From: Candidatus Sericytochromatia bacterium
GTDB taxonomy: Bacteria > Cyanobacteriota > Sericytochromatia > S15B-MN24 > UBA4093
Assembly: GCA_036676985.1 (NCBI GenBank)
Contig: JAKFBU010000076.1
Span: forward strand, 102,032-166,031
Length of the DNA: 64,000 nucleotides
Direction of reading: 5' to 3'
Made by a program: the position numbers and the translations under genes. Positions 48,908 through 60,700 of the stretch are shown here, one piece after another. A model generated the notes under the pieces. The model was not told the origin of the DNA, made no database searches, and saw only the letters and a program-made list of their open reading frames with translations. Position 1 is the first letter of the stretch, and every line of letters begins with the position of its first letter.

Positions 48908-51900
48908 ATGTCCCAACTCATCCAGGAAGCTCATCTGGAGGAAGCCGTCCTCGAACTCTTCGCCGACCTCGGCTACGAGTGTGTGCATGGCCCGGATGTC
49001 GCCCCCGGTGAGTCGGGCCAGGAACGGGTGAGCTTTGGTGATGTGGTCCTGGTCGAGCGTCTGCGGCGGGCCATCTATGCCCTCAACCCTCACATTCCGC
49101 CCCAGGCCCATGACGATGCCATCCGCCAGGTCCTGACGACCACCAGCCCCAGTCTCGTCGAGGAGAGCCAGCGCCTTCATCGCTTCCTAATCGAAGGTGT
49201 GCCGGTGGAGTACCAGGGAAACGGTGGTCGGACTATCCACGACATCGTTTGGCTGGTGGATTTCCAAGACCCCAGGCGGAACGACTGGGTCGCCCTCAAC
49301 CAGCTCACGGTCATGGAAGGCCAGAATCATCGACGTGCGGACATCGTCGTCTACCTCAACGGTCTCCCCCTCGGCCTCATCGAGTTGAAGAACCCGGGCG
49401 ATGAGAAGGCGACCACCAAGGGGGCCTACCGCCAGCTCCAGCTCTACAAGAAAGAAATCCCGAGTCTGCTTGCTTACAACGAGGTTCTGGTCGCCTCCGA
49501 TGGCATCGAGGCACTCGCAGGGACCCTGACGTCCGACTGGGAGCGGTTCCTCCCCTGGCGCACCATCGACGGAGTTGACCTCGCTCCCAAGGGAAGCCTC
49601 AGCCTCAACGTCCTCATCAAGGGCATCTTCGAGCCCGAACGCTTCCTCGATCTGATCCGTTACTTCATCGTCTTCGAGACGGACGGCCACGTCATCATCA
49701 AGAAGATGGCGGGCTACCACCAGTTCCATGCGGTCAATAAGGCCGTGGCATGCACGGTCAGGGCCACGGCGGAAGAAGGCGATCGCCGAGTGGGGGTCGT
49801 CTGGCACACGCAGGGATCGGGCAAGAGCCTCTCGATGGGCTTCTACGCGGGAAAAATCATCCAGCACCCGGCCATGGCCAACCCGACGCTCGTCGTCCTG
49901 ACCGATCGCAATGACCTGGACGATCAGCTTTACGGAAACTTCTTCGCCTGGCAGTGCCTGTTGCGCCAGGAGCCGAAGAAAATCGAGAGCCGGGAAGACC
50001 TGAGAGAGGCCCTCAAGGTGGCCTCGGGAGGGGTCATCTTCACGACCATCCAGAAGTTCCTGCCGGAAAAGGGCGAGCGCTTCCCTGTCCTGTCCGAGCG
50101 TCGGAACATCGTCGTCATGGCTGACGAAGCACACCGCTCGCAGTACGGCTTCACTCCGAAACTCAAGCAGGATGAAGAGGGGGCGCACCTCCAGCAGGGT
50201 TACGCCCAGAACGTCCGGGACGCCATGCCCAACGCGTCCTTCATCGGCTTCACGGGAACCCCCATCGACGCTCGGGACAAGAGCACCAAGGGCGTCTTCG
50301 GGGACTACATCGACGTCTATGACATCCAGCGAGCCGTCGAAGATGGTGCCACGGTCCGCATCTATTACGAGGCCCGGCTCGCCAGGCTCAAGCTCAAGAA
50401 AGAAGAGCAGCCCCTGATCGACTCGGAGTTCGAGGACATCACCGAAGGGGAAGAGGACACCCAGAAGGACAAGCTCAAGAGCCGCTGGGCTCGGCTGGAA
50501 GCCATGGTCGGGACCGAAACCCGCATCGCTCAGGTGGCGGCGGACATCGTCCAGCACTTCGAGCAGCGCCTAGAGGTGATGGACGGCAAGGGCATGATCG
50601 TGTGCATGAGCCGCCGCATCTGCGTGGACCTCTACAACGCGATCATCAAGCTCCGTCCCCAATGGCACTCGCCCGACGACGACAAGGGCTTCCTCAAGGT
50701 CGTCATGACTGGAAGCGCGTTCGATCCCGAGGAGTGGCAGCCTCATATCCGGAACAAGTCCCGGCGCGATGGCTTGGCCAAACGAATCAAGGACCCAAAG
50801 GACTCCTTCAAGCTCGTGATCGTCCGAGACATGTGGCTCACGGGCTTCGACGCCCCTTGTATGCATACGATGTACGTCGACAAGCCCATGGGCGGCCACA
50901 ATCTCATGCAGGCGATTGCGCGGGTCAACCGCGTCTTCAAGGACAAGCCCGGTGCTCTGGTTGTCGATTACCTTGGGATTGCCGAGCTGCTGAAGCAAGC
51001 CCTATCCGCCTACACGGAAGGGGATCGACGAGAGGCGGGGGTCCCACAGGACCAGGCCGCTGCGGTCATGACCGAGAAATACGAGATCGGCATGGGCATC
51101 CTCCATGGCTTCGACCTGTCCCGCTTCGACCACTGGACGCCAAAGGAGCGGCTCGACAACCTGGCCCAGATGATGGAACACGTCGCCAGCCAGAAAGACG
51201 GTATCAAGCGTTTCGTGAAGGCGGTAGGCGACCTCTCGAAAGCCTATGCCCTGGCCGTCCCCCATGAAGACGCTTTGGCCCTTCGCGACAGGGTGGCCTA
51301 TTTCCAGGCTGTCCGGGCAGCCTTCCTGAAGAATACGGCCGTGTGTGGCGGCCCAACGATGGAGGATCTGGATGCGGCGGTGCGCCAGCTCGTCTCCCAG
51401 GCGGTCTCGTCGGGTGAGGTGCTGGATGTCTTCGCCTCGACAGGCATGGCCAGGCCCGAGATCTCGCTGCTATCCGACGAGTTCTTGGAGGAGGTAAAGA
51501 AGCTCCCGCAGCGCAACCTCGCCCTGGAGCTGCTGCGCAAGCTCATCAACGACGAGATCAAGAGCCGAGGCAAGAAGAACCGGGTCCAGGCCCGTTCGTT
51601 CTCGGAGATGCTGGAGCAGGCCATTCTCCAGTACCAGAACCGGACGATCGACGCCGCCCAGGTCATCGCCGAGCTGATCGAACTGGCTAAGCAAATGCGG
51701 GCGGCTCGCGAGCGTGGGGAGAGCTTGGGCCTGAGCGAGGACGAAGAAGCCTTTTACGACGCCCTGGGGGTCAATGATAGCGCCGTCCAGGTGCTGGGGG
51801 ACGAGACGTTGAAGGCGATCGCCCGCGACCTCGCGGCCACAATCCGCAAGAACGTCACCATCGACTGGACGTCTAGGGAGGCGGTCCGGGCGAAGCTAAG

Positions 51901-52018
51901 GGTGCTTGTGAAGCGCCTCCTGAACAAGTATGGCTACCCGCCCGATCGACAAGCTCTTGCGACTCTGACGGTGCTGGAGCAGGCAGAGTTGGTTGCCAAG
52001 GACTGGGCTTGCTGTTGA
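48908..52018 (+). CDS. hsdR: Type I RM restriction subunit R
   Basis: D..IELK nuclease motif; [37 protein letters not shown]. Confidence 0.96.
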   Translation: MSQLIQEAHLEEAVLELFADLGYECVHGPDVAPGESGQERVSFGDVVLVERLRRAIYALNPHIPPQAHDDAIRQVLTTTSPSLVEESQRLHRFLIEGVPVEYQGNGGRTIHDIVWLVDFQDPRRNDWVALNQLTVMEGQNHRRADIVVYLNGLPLGLIELKNPGDEKATTKGAYRQLQLYKKEIPSLLAYNEVLVASDGIEALAGTLTSDWERFLPWRTIDGVDLAPKGSLSLNVLIKGIFEPERFLDLIRYFIVFETDGHVIIKKMAGYHQFHAVNKAVACTVRATAEEGDRRVGVVWHTQGSGKSLSMGFYAGKIIQHPAMANPTLVVLTDRNDLDDQLYGNFFAWQCLLRQEPKKIESREDLREALKVASGGVIFTTIQKFLPEKGERFPVLSERRNIVVMADEAHRSQYGFTPKLKQDEEGAHLQQGYAQNVRDAMPNASFIGFTGTPIDARDKSTKGVFGDYIDVYDIQRAVEDGATVRIYYEARLARLKLKKEEQPLIDSEFEDITEGEEDTQKDKLKSRWARLEAMVGTETRIAQVAADIVQHFEQRLEVMDGKGMIVCMSRRICVDLYNAIIKLRPQWHSPDDDKGFLKVVMTGSAFDPEEWQPHIRNKSRRDGLAKRIKDPKDSFKLVIVRDMWLTGFDAPCMHTMYVDKPMGGHNLMQAIARVNRVFKDKPGALVVDYLGIAELLKQALSAYTEGDRREAGVPQDQAAAVMTEKYEIGMGILHGFDLSRFDHWTPKERLDNLAQMMEHVASQKDGIKRFVKAVGDLSKAYALAVPHEDALALRDRVAYFQAVRAAFLKNTAVCGGPTMEDLDAAVRQLVSQAVSSGEVLDVFASTGMARPEISLLSDEFLEEVKKLPQRNLALELLRKLINDEIKSRGKKNRVQARSFSEMLEQAILQYQNRTIDAAQVIAELIELAKQMRAARERGESLGLSEDEEAFYDALGVNDSAVQVLGDETLKAIARDLAATIRKNVTIDWTSREAVRAKLRVLVKRLLNKYGYPPDRQALATLTVLEQAELVAKDWACC

Positions 52019-52094
52019 GAAGAGGGGAAAGGGCAACCCACCGAATGAAAATCGGTAGGTTGCCCTTCGAGAGGTTCCCAGGGTCAGGTCAAAT

Positions 52095-52610
52095 TTAGAG
52101 AGCGACGTAGCCAAGATTTGATAGTCGAATACCCATCGCCTGTGTGCTGACGCCGAAGTGATTAGCAAGCTGAGAGACAGCGTCATCGGTAATGAGGTCA
52201 CCTCTAATGGCGAGCAATTCCCGTTTAACCATATAGTCAGGCATCAAGAGTTCGGCAGCGAATGTATTGGCTTCGATCTCTTGGGAGCTGACCCCCAGAG
52301 ACGAGATACCGTTTCGATGGAAGGTCTTATCCAGATGTATGCCGTCGAACTCGTGGAGGAAGAAGTGGCCCAGCTCGTGGGCGATGGTGAATCGTTGCCG
52401 GTTTAGATGCTGGGTGGCGTTCACGCCAATGATCGGCTTCCCGCCCTTCCTGAGCAAGAATCCGGAAACATCTCCCCCGCCCTCTTCTAGGCGCACATCG
52501 ACTCCCCAGTGGCGAGCAATTTCCTCGACGTCTATCGGTAAGCTTGAGGCGCCCGCAGCCTGTAGCACTTCATGCGCTTGGCGTCGGATGCTCGACCGGC
52601 TTAATTTCAC
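52095..52610 (-). CDS. ImmA/IrrE (CapP-like) zinc metallopeptidase
   Basis: RQRFTIAHELGHF, EANTFAAELLMP; GTG start overlaps the XRE stop codon. Confidence 0.92.
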   Translation of the reverse strand: MKLSRSSIRRQAHEVLQAAGASSLPIDVEEIARHWGVDVRLEEGGGDVSGFLLRKGGKPIIGVNATQHLNRQRFTIAHELGHFFLHEFDGIHLDKTFHRNGISSLGVSSQEIEANTFAAELLMPDYMVKRELLAIRGDLITDDAVSQLANHFGVSTQAMGIRLSNLGYVAL

Positions 52611-52912
52611 TTCTCTTCCTCTTCTGAGAGAACCCGGCCAAGCCATCCTTGGACTTCCGGTTCCTCTGCTAGCTCGTTAATGGTTCCCTTTACGTCGAAG
52701 CTCTCGCCGAGCAACTCCATTGGTTGTACCCCGAGCGACTTACAGATGGCCAGGAGGGTGTGGATGTACACCGATTGACGTCCCTGTTCAATATTTACGA
52801 GGGATGCCCTGCTAATTCCGGCTTCCTGGGCTACCTCGGCTTGAGATTTCTCAGCTGACTTCCTCGCTTCAGCGATACGCCGGCCAATCTCTTTGTAGAT
52901 CGTGTCTTCCAA
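52607..52912 (-). CDS. XRE-family HTH repressor (CapH/DdrO-like)
   Basis: TTG start with GGAGG RBS; IGRRIAEARK..SQAEVA..ISRASLVNIEQGRQ. Confidence 0.85.
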   Translation of the reverse strand: MEDTIYKEIGRRIAEARKSAEKSQAEVAQEAGISRASLVNIEQGRQSVYIHTLLAICKSLGVQPMELLGESFDVKGTINELAEEPEVQGWLGRVLSEEEEK

Positions 52913-53131
52913 GGGGCCTCCATGTCGGGAGAGTCTCTCCAACAATACTAGAGTAGCTATCAATCTGGCAAAAGTCAATACCGCTCGCGCCATGTAGACA
53001 ATATTGACCTTGCGATCGTAAGATAGACCAAGCGCCAGCCCATCGGAAGGTCGATCTCCCAGAGCTTGGGCGCCAGTCATCCAAACAGGTTTCCTCGGGA
53101 CGCCCGCTGGACCTGATTCGAGCAAAGGAGG

Positions 53132-53389
53132 ATGAGCATGAACAAGGGCAATGGCCGCTCTGGCGGCCACGGGAAGGACCAGCACGTGGTACCGCACCCC
53201 AATGGGTGGGCGGTAAAGGGTGCGGGAAATTCGCGTGCGACGACCGTCCACGACACCAAGACTGAGGCGGTGAGCGCCGCCCGGGCGATCGCCCGGAATC
53301 TGCACTCCGAGCTGGTGATCCACAACAAGAATGGCCAGATCGCCAGCAAGGATAGTCATGGATTCGACCCTCGCAACATCCCGGGTTAG
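53132..53389 (+). CDS. DUF2188 domain protein
   Basis: QHVVPHPNGWAVK...TKTEAV..AR..A...ELVIHNKNGQI..DSHG.DP. Confidence 0.85.
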   Translation: MSMNKGNGRSGGHGKDQHVVPHPNGWAVKGAGNSRATTVHDTKTEAVSAARAIARNLHSELVIHNKNGQIASKDSHGFDPRNIPG

Positions 53390-53580
53390 AGGGGTGTAAC
53401 GAGGGTCGATGCCTGCGGCGCGGAGAGCCAACTCCGGACTGCAGGTGACCCATCCAGGGGAGGGGCCATTGGTTGGTGACCAGTGGGGTAATCCTACATG
53501 TTTATTCGTAGGATTACCAGCCCCCTTGCCTTGAGACGAGCCGTCGACGGAACGCGGCGGAGGAAGGCAAGGTGCGCATC

Positions 53581-53772
53581 ATGGCGAAGATCTATACGTG
53601 TGAGCGGTGCGGAGCCCATCTGGAGTTCCGCACGATCTACGGTGATACCATCTTGGATGCGGACGGGACCCTGAAAAAGGCTCCTGCTGGCTCCAAGGGC
53701 CAGGGCGAACCTCGCGGGGGTCGTCGGGTGGTTCCTATCCACCCCGATGGTCCCTGTAAGGGACGCTTCTAG
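53581..53772 (+). CDS. Small putative Zn-binding protein (CxxC...HxxxxC)
   Basis: MAKIYTCERCG...PIHPDGPCKGRF; AAGGT upstream. Confidence 0.45.
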   Translation: MAKIYTCERCGAHLEFRTIYGDTILDADGTLKKAPAGSKGQGEPRGGRRVVPIHPDGPCKGRF

Positions 53773-53998
53773 TTGGAGTTAGGGGGCCGGCTTGCCGGCC
53801 CCCACTTCCTTCGGAGCCGCTCCTGGAACCCGCGTCAATGCTACGGGAAGGAGGTCAATCGTTGAGGGGGAACGAGCATTTCCTGACTGTCCAACTGACT
53901 GCCCAGCCGATGGAAGCAACGAAACCTTATGGAGTATATGAAGCGGAAACCCCCACCATATGGAAAGGGTGGAAGCAGTGGAGGGGCTGGGAGACGGC

Positions 53999-54042
53999 CT
54001 CATAATCCCTTGGTTCAGGGTTCGAAGCCCTGCGCCTCCACT
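53999..54042 (+). repeat. attR: duplicated tRNA 3' half
   Basis: ctcataatcccttggttcagggttcgaagccctgcgcctccact. Confidence 0.92.
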
Positions 54043-54130
54043 ACGTAACTATGCGGGTTTCGGCTTTCCGGCTGAAGCCGCTTTTCTCGCGGGGTTACGC
54101 CGGGCGCAAATCCACGACTCCTTGACCTGG

Positions 54131-55549
54131 TCATTCCAGCACTTCCCAGCGCCCGCCCTTGGTGGGGCCGATGCGGCGGAGGCGCCCTTCGGTGCGAAGG
54201 CGGGCAACCTGCTTTTCGACCGCGCGAGTGGTGCGCCCCAAGGCGGCGGCAAGTTCGGGGATGGTCATGGTGGGATGGTCTTTCAACAGGGCCAGAAGGC
54301 GCTCTTCGGTTTTTCCCGAACTTTTCCCCGAACTTTCTCCCGAAATTTTCGGTGAAACGGATTCGGTCCAGGGCGTTTCCACCGAACTTTCCGCCGGCTT
54401 GCGGTGAACCGTGACGGTGAACAGGCAGCCATCATAGTCGCTCTTGAAGTCGATCTGCGGCCAGGCCTCAAGTGCGCGGGTGATCCCCGAACCCAGCCCG
54501 TGGTATGGCAACAGGCCCTTGGCCACGAAGGAGACCAAGATCGGGTTTCGGATGTTGGAATTGCCCGTGCGGATCTTCTCCACCGTCAGGTTGTTCGGCA
54601 GGTGTCCCGGGCTGATAATCTCGATGCGGTCGTCGAAGATGAACAATCGGATCGGCGCGCTGACCAGGTAATCCCGGTGGACCAGTGCATTCACGAGCAG
54701 CTCCTCGAACACGGCCTCCGGGATCTCCGGCGTGCCAGGGGCATTTACCCCGCGCCCCGCCTGCACCTTGTGCAGATTGCGCATGACGAAGGCCAGTGCA
54801 TCGTCGAATACCTTGCGCAGCGGCCCGGAGAAGTCCTCGGTATCCAGGTAGTCGGTCACGTGGATGGTGTTGCCCGGGTAGCGGATGGCCTTCAACACGA
54901 ACTGCGGCACGATCCATTCGGGCTGCTCGGCGAACATCAACACACCGGCCAGGTTCAATCGCCCGTCTTCGGTGGCCAGGTTCATGTTCCGCAGCAGGCG
55001 CAGGCGCTCTCCCTGGTCGTCAGGCAGGTCGCGCTTGTACACGTCCCTCAGGAAATCGCGGAACCGGAGCCTGTCCAGGGCGTCGAGGCCCGCCTTGGTG
55101 GGCAGCTCATCGGCGTGGAACTGCTCGGTAAGCTGGAACAGGCGTCGCAGCTCTTCCTTCGAGTTGACCCGGCGCTTGTCGGCGCCGCTCTTCAGCCAGA
55201 TCACGCCGTTCCTGTCGAAATAGGGCTTATCAATGCCCTTGGGAACCTTGAGCACGACCACCAGGCGCCCGTTCTCCAGCGCCACATTCGCGGTCTGCAC
55301 CGCCAGCGGGCTGCGCACCGCCTGGCTCGCCGTATTGCTAATGAGCTGGTTGATGCGCCCGACATCCTCGCGCGACAGGCCGGGCATGGAGCCGTCATCC
55401 GCCACTCCGATGAAGATCGTGCCTCCCTCGCAGTTGGCGAACGCCGCCATCTCCGAGGCCAGTGAGTCCCCGTTGCGCAGATCGGCCTTGAATTGGCGGG
55501 TGCTGTCTTCACCGAGCGAGATTTCGGAGAGGAGGCCGGCGAGGTTCAA
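54131..55549 (-). CDS. Schlafen/AlbA_2 + RecG-C-like (HATPase_c_4) + HTH protein
   Basis: GEDSTRQFK..AFANCEGGTIFIGVADDG; ELLVNALVHRDY..DRIEIISPG..RNP; C-terminal wHTH GPTKGGRW; TTG start with AGGAG RBS. Confidence 0.85.
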   Translation of the reverse strand: MNLAGLLSEISLGEDSTRQFKADLRNGDSLASEMAAFANCEGGTIFIGVADDGSMPGLSREDVGRINQLISNTASQAVRSPLAVQTANVALENGRLVVVLKVPKGIDKPYFDRNGVIWLKSGADKRRVNSKEELRRLFQLTEQFHADELPTKAGLDALDRLRFRDFLRDVYKRDLPDDQGERLRLLRNMNLATEDGRLNLAGVLMFAEQPEWIVPQFVLKAIRYPGNTIHVTDYLDTEDFSGPLRKVFDDALAFVMRNLHKVQAGRGVNAPGTPEIPEAVFEELLVNALVHRDYLVSAPIRLFIFDDRIEIISPGHLPNNLTVEKIRTGNSNIRNPILVSFVAKGLLPYHGLGSGITRALEAWPQIDFKSDYDGCLFTVTVHRKPAESSVETPWTESVSPKISGESSGKSSGKTEERLLALLKDHPTMTIPELAAALGRTTRAVEKQVARLRTEGRLRRIGPTKGGRWEVLE

Positions 55550-55782
55550 ACGAGAGCTCCTGTCATCGGGTCCAAACATCAGCGTCACAACTAGCGCTTG
55601 GTCGTCCTTCTTCGTGCCGGCGAGCCATTGCCACCTCTTCGGTACCACGAAACGTGAGCATTGTCCCATGGTGGGAAGGATCTGTCTCACGCCATCGAGG
55701 CAGAACGAGCGGCAGGACCGGAGTGTTAGCAAGCCGGCGGCCAAGGGAAGGAAGGAGTAGCGTCCCGCAACGAGCGAGCAAT

Positions 55783-57216
55783 ATGGACTACGCCTACCTT
55801 CTCCAGCTCAAGCAACATCCCGCCTGGCGCCTGCTCAACGCCGACCATGCGCCCTTGCTGCTCAGCTTCCTCCATCACGCCTTCATCCGTCCCAACGCAC
55901 GGTCGGTACGGCAAAGCGATCTGGTCGCCCGGCTCGACGACCACCTCTATGCGATCGCCCAGACCCGAGGCCAGCGCTACCCCCGCTCTGCCCAGGACTA
56001 CCTGGACGCCTGGACCAGCGCGGAAACGCCCTACCTCAGGCGCTACTACCCCGACCAGGGTGACGAGCCCGAGTACGACCTGACGCCCGCCACCGAAAAG
56101 GCCGTCGAATGGGTGCGCAGCCTCGAAGAGCGGCAGTTCGTGGGGACGGAGTCCCGCCTCGTCACCATCTTCGAGCTGTTGCGCGACATCGTCCAGGTGA
56201 CGGAGACCGACGTCCAGACGCGTATCCAGGACCTCGAGCGCCAGAAGGCCGGCATCGATCAGGAGATCGCGCGGCTCGAGGCCTCGGGCGTCCTTCCCTA
56301 CAGCCCCACCCAGGTCAAGGAGCGCTTCGTGCAGGCCGAGGAGACCGCCCGGCGCTTGCTCTCGGACTTCCGGCAGGTCGAAGAGAATTTTCGGGCCCTC
56401 GATCGACAGACCCGCGAGCGCATCGCGCTCAGCACCCAGAGTAAGGGCGAGCTGCTCGACGACATCTTCGGCGAACAGAACGCCATCGCCGCCTCCGATC
56501 AAGGGCAGTCCTTCCGGGCCTTCTGGGCCTTTCTCATGTCCACCCAGCGTCAGAGCGAGCTAGAGACCCTGCTCGCGCGCGTGCTCGCCCTCGACGAGGT
56601 CCGCTCCGTTGCGGGCCCGCACGACCTGTTGCCCCGGATCAAGTTCCAGCTCATGGAGGCGGGTGCCAAGGTCCAGAAGACGAGCGCGGGGCTCGTCGAG
56701 CAGCTGCGCAAGTACCTCGACGAGCGCGTCTGGGCCGAGAACCGACGCATCCTGGGCGTCATTCGGGAGATCGAGCGGCAAGCGGTCGCCCTCCGGGACG
56801 CCATGCCGCGCGATCGCGACCTCGCCTCCCTCGACGCGACCCGCCCCGACCTGGAGCTGCCCATGACGCGCGGGCTCTTCCGCCCCCAGGAGAAGCTGCG
56901 TCTCGAGACGGGGGACGTCACCGTGGGGTCGGCGGACGAGGTTCCAGACGCGCTCTTCGAGCAGCAGGGCATCGACGTGGAGGTCCTGAGGGCCAACATC
57001 CGCCGGATGCTTCACGAGCGCTCGCAGGTGACGCTCGCCGAGGTCACGGAGGCCTTTCCCATCGTGCACGGCCTGGGCGAGGTGGTGGCCTACCTGCACC
57101 TCGCCTGCGAGGATCCCCGGGCCACGGTACTGGAAGCTCCGCGCGACAGGCTCGCGTGGCACGACGATCGCGGGGAGCGCGCCGTGACGCTCCCGCGCGT
57201 CCTCTTCACGCGGTGA
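55783..57216 (+). CDS. jetA: Wadjet subunit JetA (DUF3375)
   Basis: HPAWRLL, FVGTESRL, SDQGQSFRAFW, GLGEVVAYL; first gene of a four-gene operon. Confidence 0.9.
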   Translation: MDYAYLLQLKQHPAWRLLNADHAPLLLSFLHHAFIRPNARSVRQSDLVARLDDHLYAIAQTRGQRYPRSAQDYLDAWTSAETPYLRRYYPDQGDEPEYDLTPATEKAVEWVRSLEERQFVGTESRLVTIFELLRDIVQVTETDVQTRIQDLERQKAGIDQEIARLEASGVLPYSPTQVKERFVQAEETARRLLSDFRQVEENFRALDRQTRERIALSTQSKGELLDDIFGEQNAIAASDQGQSFRAFWAFLMSTQRQSELETLLARVLALDEVRSVAGPHDLLPRIKFQLMEAGAKVQKTSAGLVEQLRKYLDERVWAENRRILGVIREIERQAVALRDAMPRDRDLASLDATRPDLELPMTRGLFRPQEKLRLETGDVTVGSADEVPDALFEQQGIDVEVLRANIRRMLHERSQVTLAEVTEAFPIVHGLGEVVAYLHLACEDPRATVLEAPRDRLAWHDDRGERAVTLPRVLFTR

Positions 57217-57220
57217 CGAC

Positions 57221-57799
57221 ATGGACGAGCGAACACCCCTTTTGATGCACCTTCTGCGCGGCATCCTCTACCGGGACCAGCACGAGCGCCTCTGGCCCGA
57301 GTTGTTGCGGCTGCGCGGACCGGTCGCCGACTACTTCGCCCTGGTCGGCCTCGACCTGGTCCTGGACGAGGTCGAGGGCTTTGCCTTCCTGCGCCAGCCG
57401 CGCGCCGAGGAGCTCGGAGACGCCGCCGAGGCCCTGCCCCGATTGGTGCGCAGCCAGCCCCTGAGCTATCCGGTGAGCCTCATGTGCGTCCTGCTCCGCA
57501 AGCGTCTCGCCGAGGCGGACGCCGCTGGCGGCGAGACCCGCGTCATCCTCACGCGCGCCCAGATGACGGACATGCTGCGCCTCTTCTTGCCCGATCAGGC
57601 CAACGAGGCGCGGCTCGTCGACCAGATCGACGTCCACATCCAAAAGGTCGTGGACCTGGGGTTCCTCCGGGAGCTCAAGGGCCAGGCCGACACCTACGAG
57701 GTCCGCCGCATCCTCAAGGCCCTGGTCGACACCGACTGGCTGGTCGATCTCGAAGAGAAGCTGAGGCTCTATCGTGAACACGCGCTCGGAACGCTTTGA
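57221..57799 (+). CDS. jetB: Wadjet subunit JetB (DUF4194)
   Basis: YFALVGLDLVLDEVEGFAFLRQ, LSYPVSL..LLRKRL. Confidence 0.9.
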   Translation: MDERTPLLMHLLRGILYRDQHERLWPELLRLRGPVADYFALVGLDLVLDEVEGFAFLRQPRAEELGDAAEALPRLVRSQPLSYPVSLMCVLLRKRLAEADAAGGETRVILTRAQMTDMLRLFLPDQANEARLVDQIDVHIQKVVDLGFLRELKGQADTYEVRRILKALVDTDWLVDLEEKLRLYREHALGTL

Positions 57800-60700
57800 C
57801 TTCACCGCGGACGACGCCCGCGCGGGCTTCCGCCTGCACCGCTGCGAGGTGCTGAACTGGGGCACGTTCGACAAGGCCGTCTGGGTGATGCCGCTGGACG
57901 GGGACAACGCCCTCCTGACGGGCGATATCGGGTCAGGCAAGTCCACCCTGGTGGACGCCCTGACGACCCTCCTGGTGCGCGCCGACCGGATCGTCTACAA
58001 CAAGGCCGCGGGTGCCGAGACCAAGGAGCGCAGCCTCGTCTCCTACATCCGGGGCCACTACAAGAGCGAGAAGGACGATCTCGCCCTGGGGGCCAAGGCG
58101 GTGGCCTTGCGCGAGCGGCAGACGTACTCGGTCCTTTTGGCCTACTTCCATAACGAGGGGTACGGCCAGGGCATCACCATCGCCCAGGTCTTCGCCCTCC
58201 TGGACGGTCAGTCGCAGCCCGAGCGCATGTACGTCGTCGCCGAAGGGGATCTCACCATCCGGCAGGACTTCGCGGACTTCGGCAGCGACCTCAAGGACCT
58301 GCGCAAGCGCCTCCGCCGGGATCCGCGCGTCCAGATCTTCGACAGCTTCTCACAGTACGAGACGGCTTTCCGGCGCCTGTTCGGCATCCAGAACCCCCAG
58401 GCCCTCAACCTCTTCTACCAGACCGTCTCCATGAAGTCGGTCGGCAACCTCACGGCCTTCATCCGCGAGCACATGCTCGAGGCTCCACCCGTCCAGGAGC
58501 AGATCGATCGCCTGTGCAACGACTTCGACAACCTCAACGCCGCCTACGAGGCCGTTCAGAAGGCCCGCCGGCAGCTCGAGGTGCTCACGCCCCTGGTCGC
58601 GGACTGCGACCGGCATGAGGCCGAAGTCGCGACCATGGAGGAACTGCGAGGCAGCCGCGAAGCCCTCGAGCCCTTCGTCGCGGGGCTGCGCGTCGAACTG
58701 CTGGACGCACGCATCAGGACCAAGGAGGCCGAGGTCGCGCGCCTGACGGAGCGGGCGGCGGCCCTGGCCCGGGAGCTCGAGGCCCTGCGACAGCGCGAGA
58801 CCGACCTGCGCCGCAGCATCGACGACCAGGGCGGCCGCCGGCTGGAGGACATCCGCCGCGAGATCGAGCAGCTCGCCAAGGAGCGGCAGCGCCTGCAGGC
58901 GATGACCGAGGTATTCGAGCGAGACTGCGCAGTCCTGGGCCTCGATGCCCCCGAATCGGAGGCAGCCTTCGAGGCCATGCGACGGGACGCCGTGGCGGCC
59001 CAGGCGGCCCTGCAGGGCGAGGAGACGGGCCTCCGGCAGGAGCGGGTGGACCTCGGAATCTCCTTCCAACAGGCGCGTGACCAGGGGCGGGCCCTCGAGC
59101 AGGAGCTCGCCTCCTTGCGAGCCCGCCGGTCGAACATCCCGTTGCCGAGCATTGAGCTGCGGGCCAGGATGTGCGAGGCCCTGGGCCTCTTGCCCGAGGA
59201 CGTGCCCTTCGCGGGCGAACACTTGCGGGTCGCGGATACGGAGCGCGACTGGGAGGCCGCCATCGAGCGGTATTTGCACAACTTCGGCGTGAGCCTGCTC
59301 GTTCCCGAGCGCCTGTACGCACAGGTTGCACGCTACGTCGATCGCACGCACCTCAAGGGTCGGCTCGTCTACTTCCGGGTGAGGGAAGAGGCCGCGCGCC
59401 CCCAGTGGCCGGACGACGCACGCTCCCTGGTCCACAAGCTGCAGGTCAAGCAGGACAGCCCCTTCGCACCGTGGCTGGAGGCCGAGCTGTGTCGCCGCGA
59501 CCTCGTTTGCACCGACAACCTGGAGGAGTTCGCCCGCCAGCCCCGGGCCATGACCCCTCAAGGGCAGATCAAGAGCGGAGGCGCCCGTCACGAGAAGGAC
59601 GATCGCAGGCCCCTGGGCGATCGCGCCCAGTACGTTTTGGGCTGGACGAACGAGGACAAGATCCGGGCCCTCTCAGGGCAGCTCGACGCGCTAGTCGGAA
59701 GGCTGACGGAGCTGAGCCGAGCCATCGAGCGCTGCGAGGAGCGGAGCCGGGCCCTCTCGAGTCGCCGCAGTGCCCTGGAGGGGATGCTCCGGGTCGAGCG
59801 CTTCGCCGATATGGACTGGCGGCCCGTGGCCGCCCGGATCGCAGAGCTCGAGGCGGAGCGGCGCCGTCTCTCGGATGAGTCGGACGTGCTCAGGCTCCTT
59901 AAGGAGGAGCTGGATCGGACGCTTGCCGTGATCAGCGAGACCCAGGTGAAGTCCGACGAGCTGCGGGAAGGGCGTGGCAAGGAGTCGAGCCGACTGGAGG
60001 GCTACCAGGAGCAGCGCCGGGAAGCCGAGACGACCGCCGCCTGCGACCAGTTCCTCAAGGAGCGCTTTTTTCCGCCCCTCTCCGCCATGCAGGCGGAGGT
60101 CCTGGGCGACCGGGCCATGAGCGTCGAGAATTCCCGAGGGCTCGAGAGAGAGTGGCGCGAGACGCTGCAGCGCCGGATCGATGCGGTGGACAAGCGGATC
60201 AAGGCCCTGTACGAGCGGGTCATCCCGCGCATGGAGCAGTTCAAGCAGGCCTTTCCCGAGGCGTCGCGCGAGATGGATGCCTCCCTGGAGGCGGCGGACG
60301 ACTTCCGGAGGCTGCGCGACACGCTCCTGGCCGACGACCTGCCGCGCCACGAGGCGACCTTCAAGACCATGCTCAACGAGAACGCCATCAACGGGATGGT
60401 GCTCTTCCAGAACGAACTCGACAAGCAGCAGCAAGACATCCGCGAGAAGATCGCCGTCATCAACCAGAGCCTGCGGGCGATCGCCTACAACCCCGGCACC
60501 TATATCGAGCTGGGCAGCGACGCCACCCAGGATCCCCAGGTGCGCGACTTCCGGCGGGACCTGAGGGCGTGCCTGGAGGATACCCTCACCGTGAGCGCCG
60601 ACGAGCTCTACGCCGAGCGCAAGTTCCTGCAGGTCAAGGCGCTCATCGACCGCTTCAACGGTCGCAAGGATGCGAGCGAGGCGGATCGCCGCTGGCGCGA

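Larger units (their letters stand above)
43150..54042. mobile_element. tRNA-integrated genomic island (~10.9 kb) carrying defence genes
   Basis: 44-bp direct repeat of the tRNA 3' half at 43150-43193 and 53999-54042 (one mismatch); integrase remnants; visibly lower-GC cargo. Confidence 0.9.

Noticed and set aside
53999-54042. Second tRNA gene
   Set aside because: Only the 3' half is present; it is the attR repeat
54308-54352. 12-nt tandem repeats resembling the second regulatory motif
   Set aside because: They lie inside a coding linker (SGES/SGKS repeats), a common feature of such HTH-tailed proteins
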